NCBI GenBank assembly: GCA_963719085.1
Contig: CAVRAL010000001.1
Location: 768,001 to 832,000, forward strand
Source of the DNA: a candidate division FCPU426 bacterium
Lineage (GTDB): Bacteria > Oederibacteriota > Muellerivitia > Muellerivitales > Muellerivitaceae
Length of the DNA stretch: 64,000 nucleotides
Direction: 5' to 3'
Shown piece by piece: positions 31,479-41,325 of this stretch. The position numbers and the translations under genes are program-made. Within the stretch, counting starts at the first letter, position 1; each line of letters opens with the position of its first letter. The notes under the pieces are model-generated. The model was not told the origin of the DNA. It did no database searches and saw only the letters and a list, made by a program, of their open reading frames with translations.

Positions 31479-32770
31479 AAAAACTAACTGTCTCACAAGC
31501 GACGGCTCTTCAGGGAACGGTGGAAGTGCCCGGCGATAAATCCATCTCCCATCGATCGATTATGTTGGGCGCTTTGGCCGCTGGAGTGACGGAGATCACT
31601 CATTTTCTTCCATCGGCCGATTGTTTATCCACGATTAATATCTTTAAAAAGATGGGCGTTTCCATTAAACGCCAAGGCGAAAGGGTTTGGGTTCAAGGAA
31701 AAGGGCTGAATGGACTCACGCCTCCCCGAGGTGTTCTGAACGCCGGAAATTCCGGGACGACGTCCCGGATTTTACTGGGTCTTTTATCCGGACAGGCTTT
31801 TACCACACGGGTGACCGGGGATAAATATCTCAGGCGCCGGCCGATGAAACGCGTGGTGACGCCGCTGACGCTCATGGGCGCCCGGATCACGGGTCCGAGC
31901 GGTTCAGACTACCTTCCGCTGACCTTGACCCCGCGGAAATTGAAGGGCATTTCTTATCAACTGCCGATCGCCAGCGCCCAAGTGAAAAGCGCGATCCTGA
32001 TGGCGGGACTTTTCGCCGAAGGGACGACCCGGGTGACCGAGCCGGCGCAAAGCCGCGATCACACGGAACGCATGTTTCAGACTTTTGGAATTCCTTTAAA
32101 GAAGCGCGGGTTGTCAATCATTCACGAAGGCCCGGCCAAACCCTTTCGGGCGCGGAAAATAAGCGTTCCCGGCGACATCTCGTCGGCGGCTTTTTTCATC
32201 GTGGCGGCGTTGCTGGTCCCGAATTCGAAGCTCATTTTGAAAAACGTGGGCATGAATCCGTCCCGGACCGGTTTGATTGATGTTTTACTACGGATGGGCG
32301 GGAGAATTAAAATTTTTTCCCAGAAAACCGGCTCTGGAACCGAGCCCATGGCGGATCTTTTAGTGGAGTCCTCCAAGCTGAAGGGTGTGGTGGTGGAAGG
32401 CGATTGGGTCCCGCGCATGATCGATGAATTCCCGATTTTGGCGGTCGCGGCCACCCAGGCCGAGGGCCTGACCGTGATTCGCAACGCCGAGGATCTAAAG
32501 GTGAAAGAATCGGATCGAATTCTAATGATGTCCATGACGCTTCAAAAAATGGGGGCGGATATCGAACCTCAATCCGATGGATGGATAATTAAGGGGAAAA
32601 CCCCCTTGCGGGGAAGCCGGTTGTCCTCCGGGGGGGATCATCGGGTCGCCATGTCTTTGGCCGTTGCCGCCTTGATTGCGGTGGGCACTACGACTATTTT
32701 AGACACGGAGAATATCAACACGTCGTTTCCGGGCTTCGAAAAATTGTTGAAGGGCGTTGTTCAAAAGTAA
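31475..32770 (+). CDS. aroA: EPSP synthase
   Basis: PGDKSISHR, ASAQVKS, KESDRI and DHRVAM motifs. Confidence 0.97.
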   Translation: MKKLTVSQATALQGTVEVPGDKSISHRSIMLGALAAGVTEITHFLPSADCLSTINIFKKMGVSIKRQGERVWVQGKGLNGLTPPRGVLNAGNSGTTSRILLGLLSGQAFTTRVTGDKYLRRRPMKRVVTPLTLMGARITGPSGSDYLPLTLTPRKLKGISYQLPIASAQVKSAILMAGLFAEGTTRVTEPAQSRDHTERMFQTFGIPLKKRGLSIIHEGPAKPFRARKISVPGDISSAAFFIVAALLVPNSKLILKNVGMNPSRTGLIDVLLRMGGRIKIFSQKTGSGTEPMADLLVESSKLKGVVVEGDWVPRMIDEFPILAVAATQAEGLTVIRNAEDLKVKESDRILMMSMTLQKMGADIEPQSDGWIIKGKTPLRGSRLSSGGDHRVAMSLAVAALIAVGTTTILDTENINTSFPGFEKLLKGVVQK

Positions 32771-32812
32771 GGCAGGGTTGTCAATATTTCTTAATGATAG
32801 AGAGAACGATCC

Positions 32813-33508
32813 ATGAGCGGAGTGATTATTGTGGCGATTGATGGGCCGGCCGGCGCGGGGAAAAGCACGGTGGCGAAGCGGTTGGCGAAAAAACTGGGGT
32901 TTCTCCATATTGACACCGGGGCCATGTATCGGGCGGTGACGCTCTCGGCCCTTCGTCAAAAAGCCGATTTGAATAGTGACGTCGAGTTGGAGAAAATCGC
33001 GTTAAACTCCAAGATTGAGTTGAAGCCGGGCGATCCCGAGAATAAAGTTTTTTTAAATGGGGAAGACGTTTCCCAAGAAATTCGCACGCCCGAGGTGACT
33101 CGGGCTTCGGCCTATATCGCCAATTCGGTCCCGGTTCGCAAAATATTGGTGTCCCGCCAACAGCAGATGGGCCGGGTGGATAGCGCGCCTTATGGGGGCT
33201 CGGTGTTGGAAGGGCGTGATATCGGGACGGATGTTTTCCCGGACGCGCAATTTAAATTTTTTTTGGACGCTTCAGTGGAGACCAGATCCCAACGCCGTCT
33301 TTTGGAGTTGGAAAAAGCCGGCGTCGCCACGACGTTAGAAAAGGTCCAAGCGGAAGTCGCCGCGCGGGACGAACGGGACTACAACCGGCCGGTGGGCGGG
33401 CTCCGCAAAACGGCCGACTCCATTGTTTTGGATCATTCACACTTAAATGTGGATGAGTCGGCCGAGGAACTTTTCCAGTATGTTCAGAAAGCTAAAAATA
33501 AAAGTTAG
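32813..33508 (+). CDS. cmk: Cytidylate kinase
   Basis: IDGPAGAGKST, DTGAMYR and EGRDIGT motifs. Confidence 0.97.
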   Translation: MSGVIIVAIDGPAGAGKSTVAKRLAKKLGFLHIDTGAMYRAVTLSALRQKADLNSDVELEKIALNSKIELKPGDPENKVFLNGEDVSQEIRTPEVTRASAYIANSVPVRKILVSRQQQMGRVDSAPYGGSVLEGRDIGTDVFPDAQFKFFLDASVETRSQRRLLELEKAGVATTLEKVQAEVAARDERDYNRPVGGLRKTADSIVLDHSHLNVDESAEELFQYVQKAKNKS

Positions 33509-33520
33509 GGTTGGTGAGTG

Positions 33521-34558
33521 ATGTCCGAGGATTTTGAAGAAAGAGTCATGCCGACCATCAAACGCTCTTCCTGGGCCCGTTGGGGAACCATGACCTTGGC
33601 CTTTGTGGGGGTGCTTTCTTGGTATTTGTCCGACAATGTGATCGTGGGTGCGACTTCCGCGGCCGCGGCCCTGATCATCTTATTTTTTTCCTGGCGCGCC
33701 CTTTGGTTTCAAGCCCATATTTTATCCTTGAAGGAGCTTGAGCTTTTCCTCATGCGCAGCCGAATCCTGCCGCCCGAGTATAAATACTCAACGGTCAAAA
33801 ATTTGTCCCAGATACAAAAAGTCAAAAAAGATTTAATGGACTTAGGCTACGAGGGATTTAAAACCCATCAAAAAAAGCTGCAAGAAACCAAACACGTTTT
33901 GGATAAGTTCGTCGGAACCAAGGCCTCGCAATTCGCCAGTCAAACCGGGAACAAATCAGTTTGGGAAGGCCAGATTTCCAAAATTATCGTGCTTTTTTCC
34001 GACGTGCGGGGATTCACCTCGATGACGGAGAAGTTAAAACCCCAAGAAACGCTCCGCTATTTAAACCGCATGTTCTCGGAAATCGAGGAACACATCTTTT
34101 TGGCCGGCGGGGAAGTCAACAAATACATGGGGGACGCCATTTTGGCCTATTTTCCTTTTCCCGAGGAAAATCCCGGCCCTACGGTCAAAAAAGTGCTTCA
34201 GGCGGCGCTTCGCATGCAGGATAGTTTTCATGAGATGCAGAACAAGTTCAAGGACAGCTATAGCGAGATTGTGCACACCGGAATGGGCGTGGGGATCGCG
34301 GTGGGGGATGTCATTATGGGGAACCTGGGCTCCACCCGCCGGATGGAATTTACCTTGATCGGGGATACGGTGAATTTAGCCTCGCGCCTCTGTTCCATCG
34401 CCGAAGACGGCCAAATTCTTATCAATACGGACTTGGCCCATGTCGCCGCGGAGCAGTTTCGGATGGAAGCGCTGGATCCGGTTCGGATCAAGGGTAAATC
34501 GGGCACTTACACACCCTACGCGGTGACGGGTGAGCGGATTCAGCAGGGCCTGGCTTAA
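33521..34558 (+). CDS. Membrane-anchored class III adenylate cyclase
   Basis: Two TM helices; LFSDVRGFT, KYMGDAI and FTLIGDTVNLASRL motifs. Confidence 0.9.
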   Translation: MSEDFEERVMPTIKRSSWARWGTMTLAFVGVLSWYLSDNVIVGATSAAAALIILFFSWRALWFQAHILSLKELELFLMRSRILPPEYKYSTVKNLSQIQKVKKDLMDLGYEGFKTHQKKLQETKHVLDKFVGTKASQFASQTGNKSVWEGQISKIIVLFSDVRGFTSMTEKLKPQETLRYLNRMFSEIEEHIFLAGGEVNKYMGDAILAYFPFPEENPGPTVKKVLQAALRMQDSFHEMQNKFKDSYSEIVHTGMGVGIAVGDVIMGNLGSTRRMEFTLIGDTVNLASRLCSIAEDGQILINTDLAHVAAEQFRMEALDPVRIKGKSGTYTPYAVTGERIQQGLA

Positions 34559-34633
34559 AACTCGGGCCGGACGTTTTGAAAATCCTGTGGTTCGCGCGGT
34601 TGAAATTCTTTTAAAAACTCTTTGGGTGAATTC

Positions 34634-35041
34634 ATGGAAGAAAAAGTCGTCAAAACCGATGCCGAGTGGAAAAAAATCCTGACTCCGGAACAGTACGATG
34701 TTTTGCGCCGCCAGGGAACCGAACGGGCCTTTACCGGGAAATATTGGGACAACCATGAAAAGGGTCTTTATGTTTGCGCGGGCTGCGGATTGCCCCTGTT
34801 TACCTCGGCGACAAAATTTGACTCGGGAACCGGTTGGCCTAGTTTTTATCAACCGATTTACACCCAAAGCGTGGAAACCCGTGAGGATGTGTCGATGTTC
34901 ATGAAACGGGTGGAGGCTCGGTGTCCCCGTTGTTCGGGTCATCTGGGGCATGTCTTTGAGGATGGCCCGGAGCCCACCGGATTGCGCTACTGCATCAATT
35001 CGGCGTCCATTCTGTTTCAGTCCGCGGATGCCCGAAAATAA
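34634..35041 (+). CDS. msrB: Methionine-R-sulfoxide reductase
   Basis: [25 protein letters not shown] and RYCINS motifs. Confidence 0.97.
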   Translation: MEEKVVKTDAEWKKILTPEQYDVLRRQGTERAFTGKYWDNHEKGLYVCAGCGLPLFTSATKFDSGTGWPSFYQPIYTQSVETREDVSMFMKRVEARCPRCSGHLGHVFEDGPEPTGLRYCINSASILFQSADARK

Positions 35042-35158
35042 ATCCGGGCGTCTTGGAGGCCCTCGCCCAGCCTTTTTTCCCGTTGGAGTCCCGAGGTGAC
35101 AACAAAGGCTTTTTTGATATGATGGCCCGGTTTTAGACTGGGATTTTAAAGGGGCGTC

Positions 35159-36862
35159 ATGCGGGATTGGGCGAAGCCGGCCACGACTTTATTGATGGCC
35201 CTCGTTTTGAGCTCGGCTTGTTTTTGTATTTATCTTTCCCATTTGGCCATCAACCACACTTACGACGGCATGGTTTTCGCCTCCCTCATTGAGCAGCCGC
35301 AAGTTTCTTTTTGGGAATTATTTCATCCCCATCATTTAATCTATAACTTTTTGGGCCGCCTGTTTTTTCTTTGGGGACACACCCACGGGGCGGATTGGGA
35401 CGGTCTGGAAGCCCTTCAATTTTTCGATCTTCTCACCGGCACCCTGGGCGTGTTGCTGGTCTTTCATCTCTTGGTCCGCCTGACCAGGGACCGATGGATC
35501 TCGTTTTTATCCGCGCTCGGGTTGTCTTTTACCTATAGTTATTGGTACTTTTCCACTTCCCCCGGGGTGCGCATTTTGGCGACCGTCACCCCGCTTTTGG
35601 CCTGGTACGTCTTTTCATACGTGAAAGATCGAGGTGTTTTTTACGGTTTGGTTTTAGGCCTGGCGCACACCTTGGCGGTTTTAGGACACCAAACCAACCT
35701 CCTTTTGGTTCCGGCTTTCCTGGGCGGGATTTGGTGTGTCCGCGAAAAAAGCAAAATGGAAAAGCTATGGATCAGTTTCTTTTACTTGGGGTCCCTCGCA
35801 GTGGGCGTGATAGGGGCTTACGCGTTTATTGGGCGTTTCTTATGTGAAAGAACCACCTACGCCGCTTGGGTTTGGTGGTTGATGTCCTACATGCACGTCA
35901 AGGAATGGGGAGGACACTTGGGACCGGCGGGTTTTGAGCGGGGAAAATTCGCGATGGTGTTTGCCTTTTTAGCCGGTGCTTACCCCACCAAGCCGCTGGG
36001 GGAGTTTTTGACCTTTGGATTCGCCAAGAGCATCTTTCAAAACGCCCTTTTATTCGTGCTGGGGGCCCTATTGATTCAAATTCGTTCTTTGTGGGAGAAA
36101 TACTCCTCAACGCTTTGGATTGGCTTGTTTTGGCTGCTGGCCTTTGTTCCTTTTTTTGTCTGGTGGGAACCTTGGAATATTGAGTTCTGGGTCTCCTCCA
36201 CCGTCCCTTGCTGGATTTTGATGGGAATCGTGGTTTCGGACCTGTCGTTGAAATTCACCAATCCGGTCCTTCAATACTCCAACCGATTTTTATTTATTTT
36301 TTTATGGGCCTGTTTAATCGGATTGCTTTTTCTCTATAACTTTGAGGGCCGGGCTCCCAAAAGCCCGGCTTCGTACGCCAATAAAACCCTTTTGACCGCC
36401 ATGGACCACTCGATGAAATCCCATGATCTTTTAATTTTAACGGGGCTGAACACGATCCCGTTTTACATCGACCGGTTTGATCATCGCCCCTATTTGAGCC
36501 TGCAGACCTATTTTAAAAAATACCGGCCGTCCACGGATGACGCCGACGCGGCACCGCAAGCGCCCGGCGATCCATGGCAAGATCTGGACACGCTTTTTCA
36601 AACCACTTGGAAAAACCACCACCGGGTTTGGGTTCTGGCCGAAGTGGTGGATCCACAGGATGGCTGGGGCTCGCGGTTGGAACAGATGGAAAAAATGCAG
36701 GATGGAAGTTTGAGGAATTTTTTTGATGGATACGATTTAAAACCCGCCCCCGATCAAGACCGGGCTTATTTTTATGAGGTTGTTCCAAAAGCGCCGGCGG
36801 GCACCGCGGCGGCCCCCTCGCCCACTCCCGCGTCGTCCCGCCAATCCGGTAAATCCCGATGA
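35159..36862 (+). CDS. Polytopic membrane protein, probable GT-C fold glycosyltransferase (DUF2723/PMT-like)
   Basis: N-terminal TM, then TYDG and HPHHLIY in the first loop; about 10 TMs; soluble C-terminal domain. Confidence 0.6.
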   Translation: MRDWAKPATTLLMALVLSSACFCIYLSHLAINHTYDGMVFASLIEQPQVSFWELFHPHHLIYNFLGRLFFLWGHTHGADWDGLEALQFFDLLTGTLGVLLVFHLLVRLTRDRWISFLSALGLSFTYSYWYFSTSPGVRILATVTPLLAWYVFSYVKDRGVFYGLVLGLAHTLAVLGHQTNLLLVPAFLGGIWCVREKSKMEKLWISFFYLGSLAVGVIGAYAFIGRFLCERTTYAAWVWWLMSYMHVKEWGGHLGPAGFERGKFAMVFAFLAGAYPTKPLGEFLTFGFAKSIFQNALLFVLGALLIQIRSLWEKYSSTLWIGLFWLLAFVPFFVWWEPWNIEFWVSSTVPCWILMGIVVSDLSLKFTNPVLQYSNRFLFIFLWACLIGLLFLYNFEGRAPKSPASYANKTLLTAMDHSMKSHDLLILTGLNTIPFYIDRFDHRPYLSLQTYFKKYRPSTDDADAAPQAPGDPWQDLDTLFQTTWKNHHRVWVLAEVVDPQDGWGSRLEQMEKMQDGSLRNFFDGYDLKPAPDQDRAYFYEVVPKAPAGTAAAPSPTPASSRQSGKSR

Positions 36863-39800
36863 GCGCTTCCACCCGATGGATCCTGATCGGATTTCTTTTG
36901 TGGGGTGGATGGGCGGGGGCGAACGCGTCCCTTGACGCCCAAGAGGATTCGATCGGTTTTCAACCCAACGCGACCCTCACGGTAGCGCCGGATTTGACGC
37001 CCAGCCCGACTGTTTCGGCGGCGGGGGAGCCCTCGGAGTCGCTGGGGCAAGACCGCCCTTGGTTGAACGATCTCTATTTGTGGAACGAATCCTATAACCT
37101 GGATAAGGGGGGGGTCTCCGCCCAAAAGGCTGGCGCCTATTGTGTGGGAAATGGGCATTCTTTCACATTGATTGGGTTGGAATCACCGCTTTGGGATTGG
37201 TCGAGTATTTATGGGGATTCTTATCAAGAGCCGGATCTGGGCCACTTTCAAATGGGGATTTCACGGGACGGCTCGGACGTGCGGCTGGCGCAGCAAAAAA
37301 TAGGATGGGTCCGCCGTTCCGGTGTGGTGAAGGTTCAAGCCCAAGGGAACGGACTGCTGGTGGAGTCTTATGACTTCGCGCCTTGCCAGTGGAATCGCAG
37401 TTGGGAAGACAATCCGCCGGCCTTGATCCGCGTGGTGCGTGTGGTCAACCAAGGCTCGGTGACTGAAAGCTCCTTGAGTCTTCATTTTAAAATCATTCCG
37501 GCTTGGAACGTGCAAGCCCAGTTCAAAACCGAAAAAAACGACTCGGTGATCATTCAAAAACCCACCCGGGCCAAACGAAGGACCTATTGGCGCCTGGCGG
37601 CTTTTGATGACCGGGGTTGTTCGGCTCAGCCCCGGTTATTGGATGATTCGCTCCCGCCGGTGGCTCCGGGCGGGGAAGTCTGGGCGGCTTACTTCCTCAT
37701 CTCCTCCGACAGCCCGGAAGAGGGAAAGGCCCTGGCGGCCCAACTACGCGCGCAAGGACCGGCCAGCCTTTTGGATGGAACCCGGGATTATTATCAAAAA
37801 TGGTTTCAATCGGGAACGGAATTTTCCGGAGCCCAGCGGATCACGGACCTCTTTGAAATTCAGTCCCTGATTTATAAAAGCGAGGAGTCCCATTCGGGCG
37901 GCTTTTCGCCCTTGATCGGTTATTCCTACACCTGGATCCGGGACAACAACGGGCCGATCCGCTGGTTTTTGAAAACCGGCCACGAAAAAGAGGCCAAGGG
38001 CGCCATTGATTTTTTTCATGGCGTGGCTTCCAGCATGGGTTCCTTGCCCAACAGCATCCGGGTGGACTATCCCTTGAGCTACCGTTTGCAGGATTTATCC
38101 GCCATTCATGTGGAACACGCGGAGACACCCAATTGGATTATTTTGCAGCATTGGTGGTATTACCTGGCCACGGGGGATTTGGGCACAATCCGTCAAAGGT
38201 GGCCCTATCTCAAACGCTGTTTGACCGGACAGGTTCAACAAGAGGGAAAATATTTTTTTCATCGCGACGAAACCTATCTTTGGTGTTTGGAATCACGCTG
38301 TTTCGACCATGAAACTTATCCCAATTACGATTTATCCACTTACGCCTTCGCGACGGACTCCAGTTTTGATTTCGTGGCGGCCGCGGACCGATTGGTTTAT
38401 TTGGGAAATCTTTTAGGCCTCTCCACCGTGGATATTAAAACCACGGCGGATTCGGTTCGGGACACCGCTGAAAAAACCTATTGGAACAAGGACAATCAAT
38501 ATTGGGCGCCCGCCCAGTCGCTCCTGGGGCCGCTTTATAACGCGCCTTACGCCAATATTTTAATCAATCCCTTCTGGTGCGGATACGCCCGCAACGATTT
38601 GGACCCTTTGGGCGAGACGCCGGACACGGAAGCGAAAGCCATCCAGGCGCTTTCAGCCGGTTATCAATGGCTGGGCAAAAGCGATGGATTTTGGAAGACC
38701 ACGCCGAACGTGGATTTTTTTGTCGGCATGAACCCGGGACAGCTTCTTTATGACCTTTGTAAAGCCCGCCTTCCTTGGGCCCAAAAGGCCTTCTCCAATG
38801 TTTTGGACATCGCCAGTCCTTCGGGGGATTTTTCCGAGATGTATGATGGAAAGTATTTGCCTTGGAATCCGCCGGCCTGGGGATTGGGGACCAGCGGACG
38901 GGTCCGCCCTTGGGAAGGGGGACTCAGTACGGAGTCGCTTTTTGAGTTCGTGACGGGATTCGCCCCGGACGCGGGTCGGGGCCGGGTCGTTTTCGCGCCG
39001 CATTTGCCGCCCCATGAAAATGAGTTCGCGGCGGAAAAATTACCGGTCAAGGATTGCAAGGTCTCTTTGGAAATGAGGCGGGTGAATTCCGACAGCTGGC
39101 AGGTTTTGACCCGATTGGATCAAGGGAGCTCGCTTCAAGTGGTCCTTGATTTTTGGCCCACGGACCGTTTGATCGCCGCCGTGGATATGCCCAACGGAGT
39201 GGACTGGCAAAAAACGGTCGATCAAACCCAGGGCGGCGAGGCCCGATTCCAGTTTAACTTGACGTCCGATCAACCCGAGACTTTTGTGGTTCATGAGGGG
39301 GCTTCGTTATCGGAGTCCGTCAAAAACCCGCCCGCGCCGGAAAAATTTAATCCCAAACCTTACTCAACGAACAATTCGGACATTCTATTGTTGACGACGC
39401 CCTCGGCGGTTTTTTCTTATCACGGCCACGTTTTGCCCGTTAACTTTTTAAAAGTGGGCCGGGAAGAGCTCGCTTTAATGAATCGTTTATCGCCTTCGGT
39501 TAGTTTTCTCGACTTGGATCTGCCGATTTCAACCCACGACGTGGCTTCCGCCTTATTGGATGAACAAGGCCATCCGAAAGTCAAACTGGCTGTCTGGGGC
39601 CGGGGGGCGCTGTCTTCCGGGAAACACGATTTTAAGCCGGATTCCTATTGGGAAGATGCCGAGATTGGAAACGCGGTTAAAAAATTCCTCGAGGCGGGCG
39701 GCAATGTGCTGATCGGCCCCTCTTACTTGGACCGGGAAGTCCAGCCTGCCTGGCTGGTGGATTTGACGAAGGGCGGCTGGGACGAGGGCGAGACGCCCGG

Positions 39801-40554
39801 GACGGCCGTCGCTTTGGGCCCGAAGGAAAAATCGCCGCTTAAATTCATGGATGAAATTGATGTCGCCAACGCCCAATCGGAAGCCGACCATCAGGTTCAA
39901 TCCGACGGATTGGTCTCCATGGACAAGGTGAGTTTGCCCGAATTGCCCCGCTTAACCAAAAGTGTGGAAGACGATGGGCGGAGTTTTAAGGGCTTTTACC
40001 AATTTACGGCCAAGACCGAGCCGGGCCTTCCGCATCGGGTTTGGGTCCGCGTGAATACGGGTAAAAATACCGCGGGAATGGCGTTGATGGTTCGAAAGGG
40101 AAGCGATTGGGTCCAAGCGGGCATTCGGACCAAAAATTCCGGGAACGGGACCAATTTTTTAACCTTCTATTTCGAGGTTCCTCAAGATCTGATTCAAGCG
40201 GATCAAACGGTCTTCCGCTTGGTCGACAAAAACACCGTGGAAATAAACGCCTATCATCTTTGGGTATTCCAATTGGCCTCGGAAGCGGAAGCCTCGCCGG
40301 CGGAGCTATTGGGTTTCCCGATCAACCAAACCGTGGGCCCAGTCGACCATGGATTGATTCCGAAGGGACCCTCCTGGGTCAAGCCCCTGGTCTTAAGTCA
40401 AAACCCTTCGGAAGCGGCGCTTTTAATGCAACGGATTGGGAAAGGCACCTTGATCCGAAGCCAGCTGAGCCTGGCGGATTCCTTAAGCTTGATGACGACT
40501 CTTTTGAACCCTTCGCCGGAAATGAGCGCGACGACCCCGGAGGCGAAGGAATGA
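36859..40554 (+). CDS. Large secreted multi-domain glycoside hydrolase-like protein, (alpha/alpha)6 GH15-like core
   Basis: Signal peptide; YSYTWIRD; WWYYLATGD; SGDFSEMY; accessory C-terminal domains. Confidence 0.6.
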   Translation: MSASTRWILIGFLLWGGWAGANASLDAQEDSIGFQPNATLTVAPDLTPSPTVSAAGEPSESLGQDRPWLNDLYLWNESYNLDKGGVSAQKAGAYCVGNGHSFTLIGLESPLWDWSSIYGDSYQEPDLGHFQMGISRDGSDVRLAQQKIGWVRRSGVVKVQAQGNGLLVESYDFAPCQWNRSWEDNPPALIRVVRVVNQGSVTESSLSLHFKIIPAWNVQAQFKTEKNDSVIIQKPTRAKRRTYWRLAAFDDRGCSAQPRLLDDSLPPVAPGGEVWAAYFLISSDSPEEGKALAAQLRAQGPASLLDGTRDYYQKWFQSGTEFSGAQRITDLFEIQSLIYKSEESHSGGFSPLIGYSYTWIRDNNGPIRWFLKTGHEKEAKGAIDFFHGVASSMGSLPNSIRVDYPLSYRLQDLSAIHVEHAETPNWIILQHWWYYLATGDLGTIRQRWPYLKRCLTGQVQQEGKYFFHRDETYLWCLESRCFDHETYPNYDLSTYAFATDSSFDFVAAADRLVYLGNLLGLSTVDIKTTADSVRDTAEKTYWNKDNQYWAPAQSLLGPLYNAPYANILINPFWCGYARNDLDPLGETPDTEAKAIQALSAGYQWLGKSDGFWKTTPNVDFFVGMNPGQLLYDLCKARLPWAQKAFSNVLDIASPSGDFSEMYDGKYLPWNPPAWGLGTSGRVRPWEGGLSTESLFEFVTGFAPDAGRGRVVFAPHLPPHENEFAAEKLPVKDCKVSLEMRRVNSDSWQVLTRLDQGSSLQVVLDFWPTDRLIAAVDMPNGVDWQKTVDQTQGGEARFQFNLTSDQPETFVVHEGASLSESVKNPPAPEKFNPKPYSTNNSDILLLTTPSAVFSYHGHVLPVNFLKVGREELALMNRLSPSVSFLDLDLPISTHDVASALLDEQGHPKVKLAVWGRGALSSGKHDFKPDSYWEDAEIGNAVKKFLEAGGNVLIGPSYLDREVQPAWLVDLTKGGWDEGETPGTAVALGPKEKSPLKFMDEIDVANAQSEADHQVQSDGLVSMDKVSLPELPRLTKSVEDDGRSFKGFYQFTAKTEPGLPHRVWVRVNTGKNTAGMALMVRKGSDWVQAGIRTKNSGNGTNFLTFYFEVPQDLIQADQTVFRLVDKNTVEINAYHLWVFQLASEAEASPAELLGFPINQTVGPVDHGLIPKGPSWVKPLVLSQNPSEAALLMQRIGKGTLIRSQLSLADSLSLMTTLLNPSPEMSATTPEAKE

Positions 40555-40614
40555 GTTTGGGCTTTTAAATTTTTGTTTTTATTTGCTAAAGTAATTGCGG
40601 ATTAGGAGGGCGGG

Positions 40615-41232
40615 TTGAAAACTTCGAAGCGGTTATTTCAAATTTCAAATGTTTTTGAAAAGGGCGGCGCGGTCCCCAAATCCGCGGAGACCCATCCGAT
40701 TCTCTCGATTTCCGAGACCCTGATGAAGGTCAAACCCACGATCTGGGTGGTGGGTTATGGTTATGTGATGGCGTTTGTTTTCTCATTTTTTGTCCACCGT
40801 TTTTTTCTCTGGTGCCCGCCTTATTTGCAGGAAATCGCTAAAAATTTGAGGGGACTCCCTTTTTCTTGGTTTCAGGTGATTCTTTACTGGATGGAGCGGG
40901 GCGTGATTGGAATCGCTTTTTTAAGCGCGATTTACCACAATGTCTGGAAGCTGGCGACGGTTTATAAATTGACGGATCACGATATCCAAATCGCCAATTG
41001 GTTTCCCATGCGCCATCTTCAAAGTATTCCCTATGGCGCGGTCAAGCGGCTGGGCTTTAAACAAAGTTTTTTGGGAGTGCTGTTGAATTACGGCCATGTG
41101 GAGATCGACACTGGGAGCGCCCAAGGGCCGATTCTTTTGGTCAATTGCCCTCAACCCAAAAAGTTTATGGAAACCCTTCAACATAAAGTCGAAGAAGTCC
41201 TACAGCCTCAATTGCTTCAAAATCGCTCGTAA
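40615..41232 (+). CDS. Membrane protein with bacterial PH domain
   Basis: Two TMs, then YKLTDH...KQSFLGVLLNYGHVEIDTGS; GGAGG before TTG. Confidence 0.8.
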   Translation: MKTSKRLFQISNVFEKGGAVPKSAETHPILSISETLMKVKPTIWVVGYGYVMAFVFSFFVHRFFLWCPPYLQEIAKNLRGLPFSWFQVILYWMERGVIGIAFLSAIYHNVWKLATVYKLTDHDIQIANWFPMRHLQSIPYGAVKRLGFKQSFLGVLLNYGHVEIDTGSAQGPILLVNCPQPKKFMETLQHKVEEVLQPQLLQNRS

Positions 41233-41254
41233 AACTTAAGGGGCGGCGGGGGGC

Positions 41255-41283
41255 TTGGCACTCGCCATTGAAAACCCTATAAT
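41255..41283 (+). promoter_or_regulatory. Putative sigma70 promoter for DAHP synthase-plsC
   Basis: TTGGCA (41255-41260), 17-nt spacer, TATAAT (41278-41283). Confidence 0.65.
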
Positions 41284-41325
41284 TCAGCCCACGTTCCTCA
41301 CAAGATCCATCAAAAAGGTTCCCGC

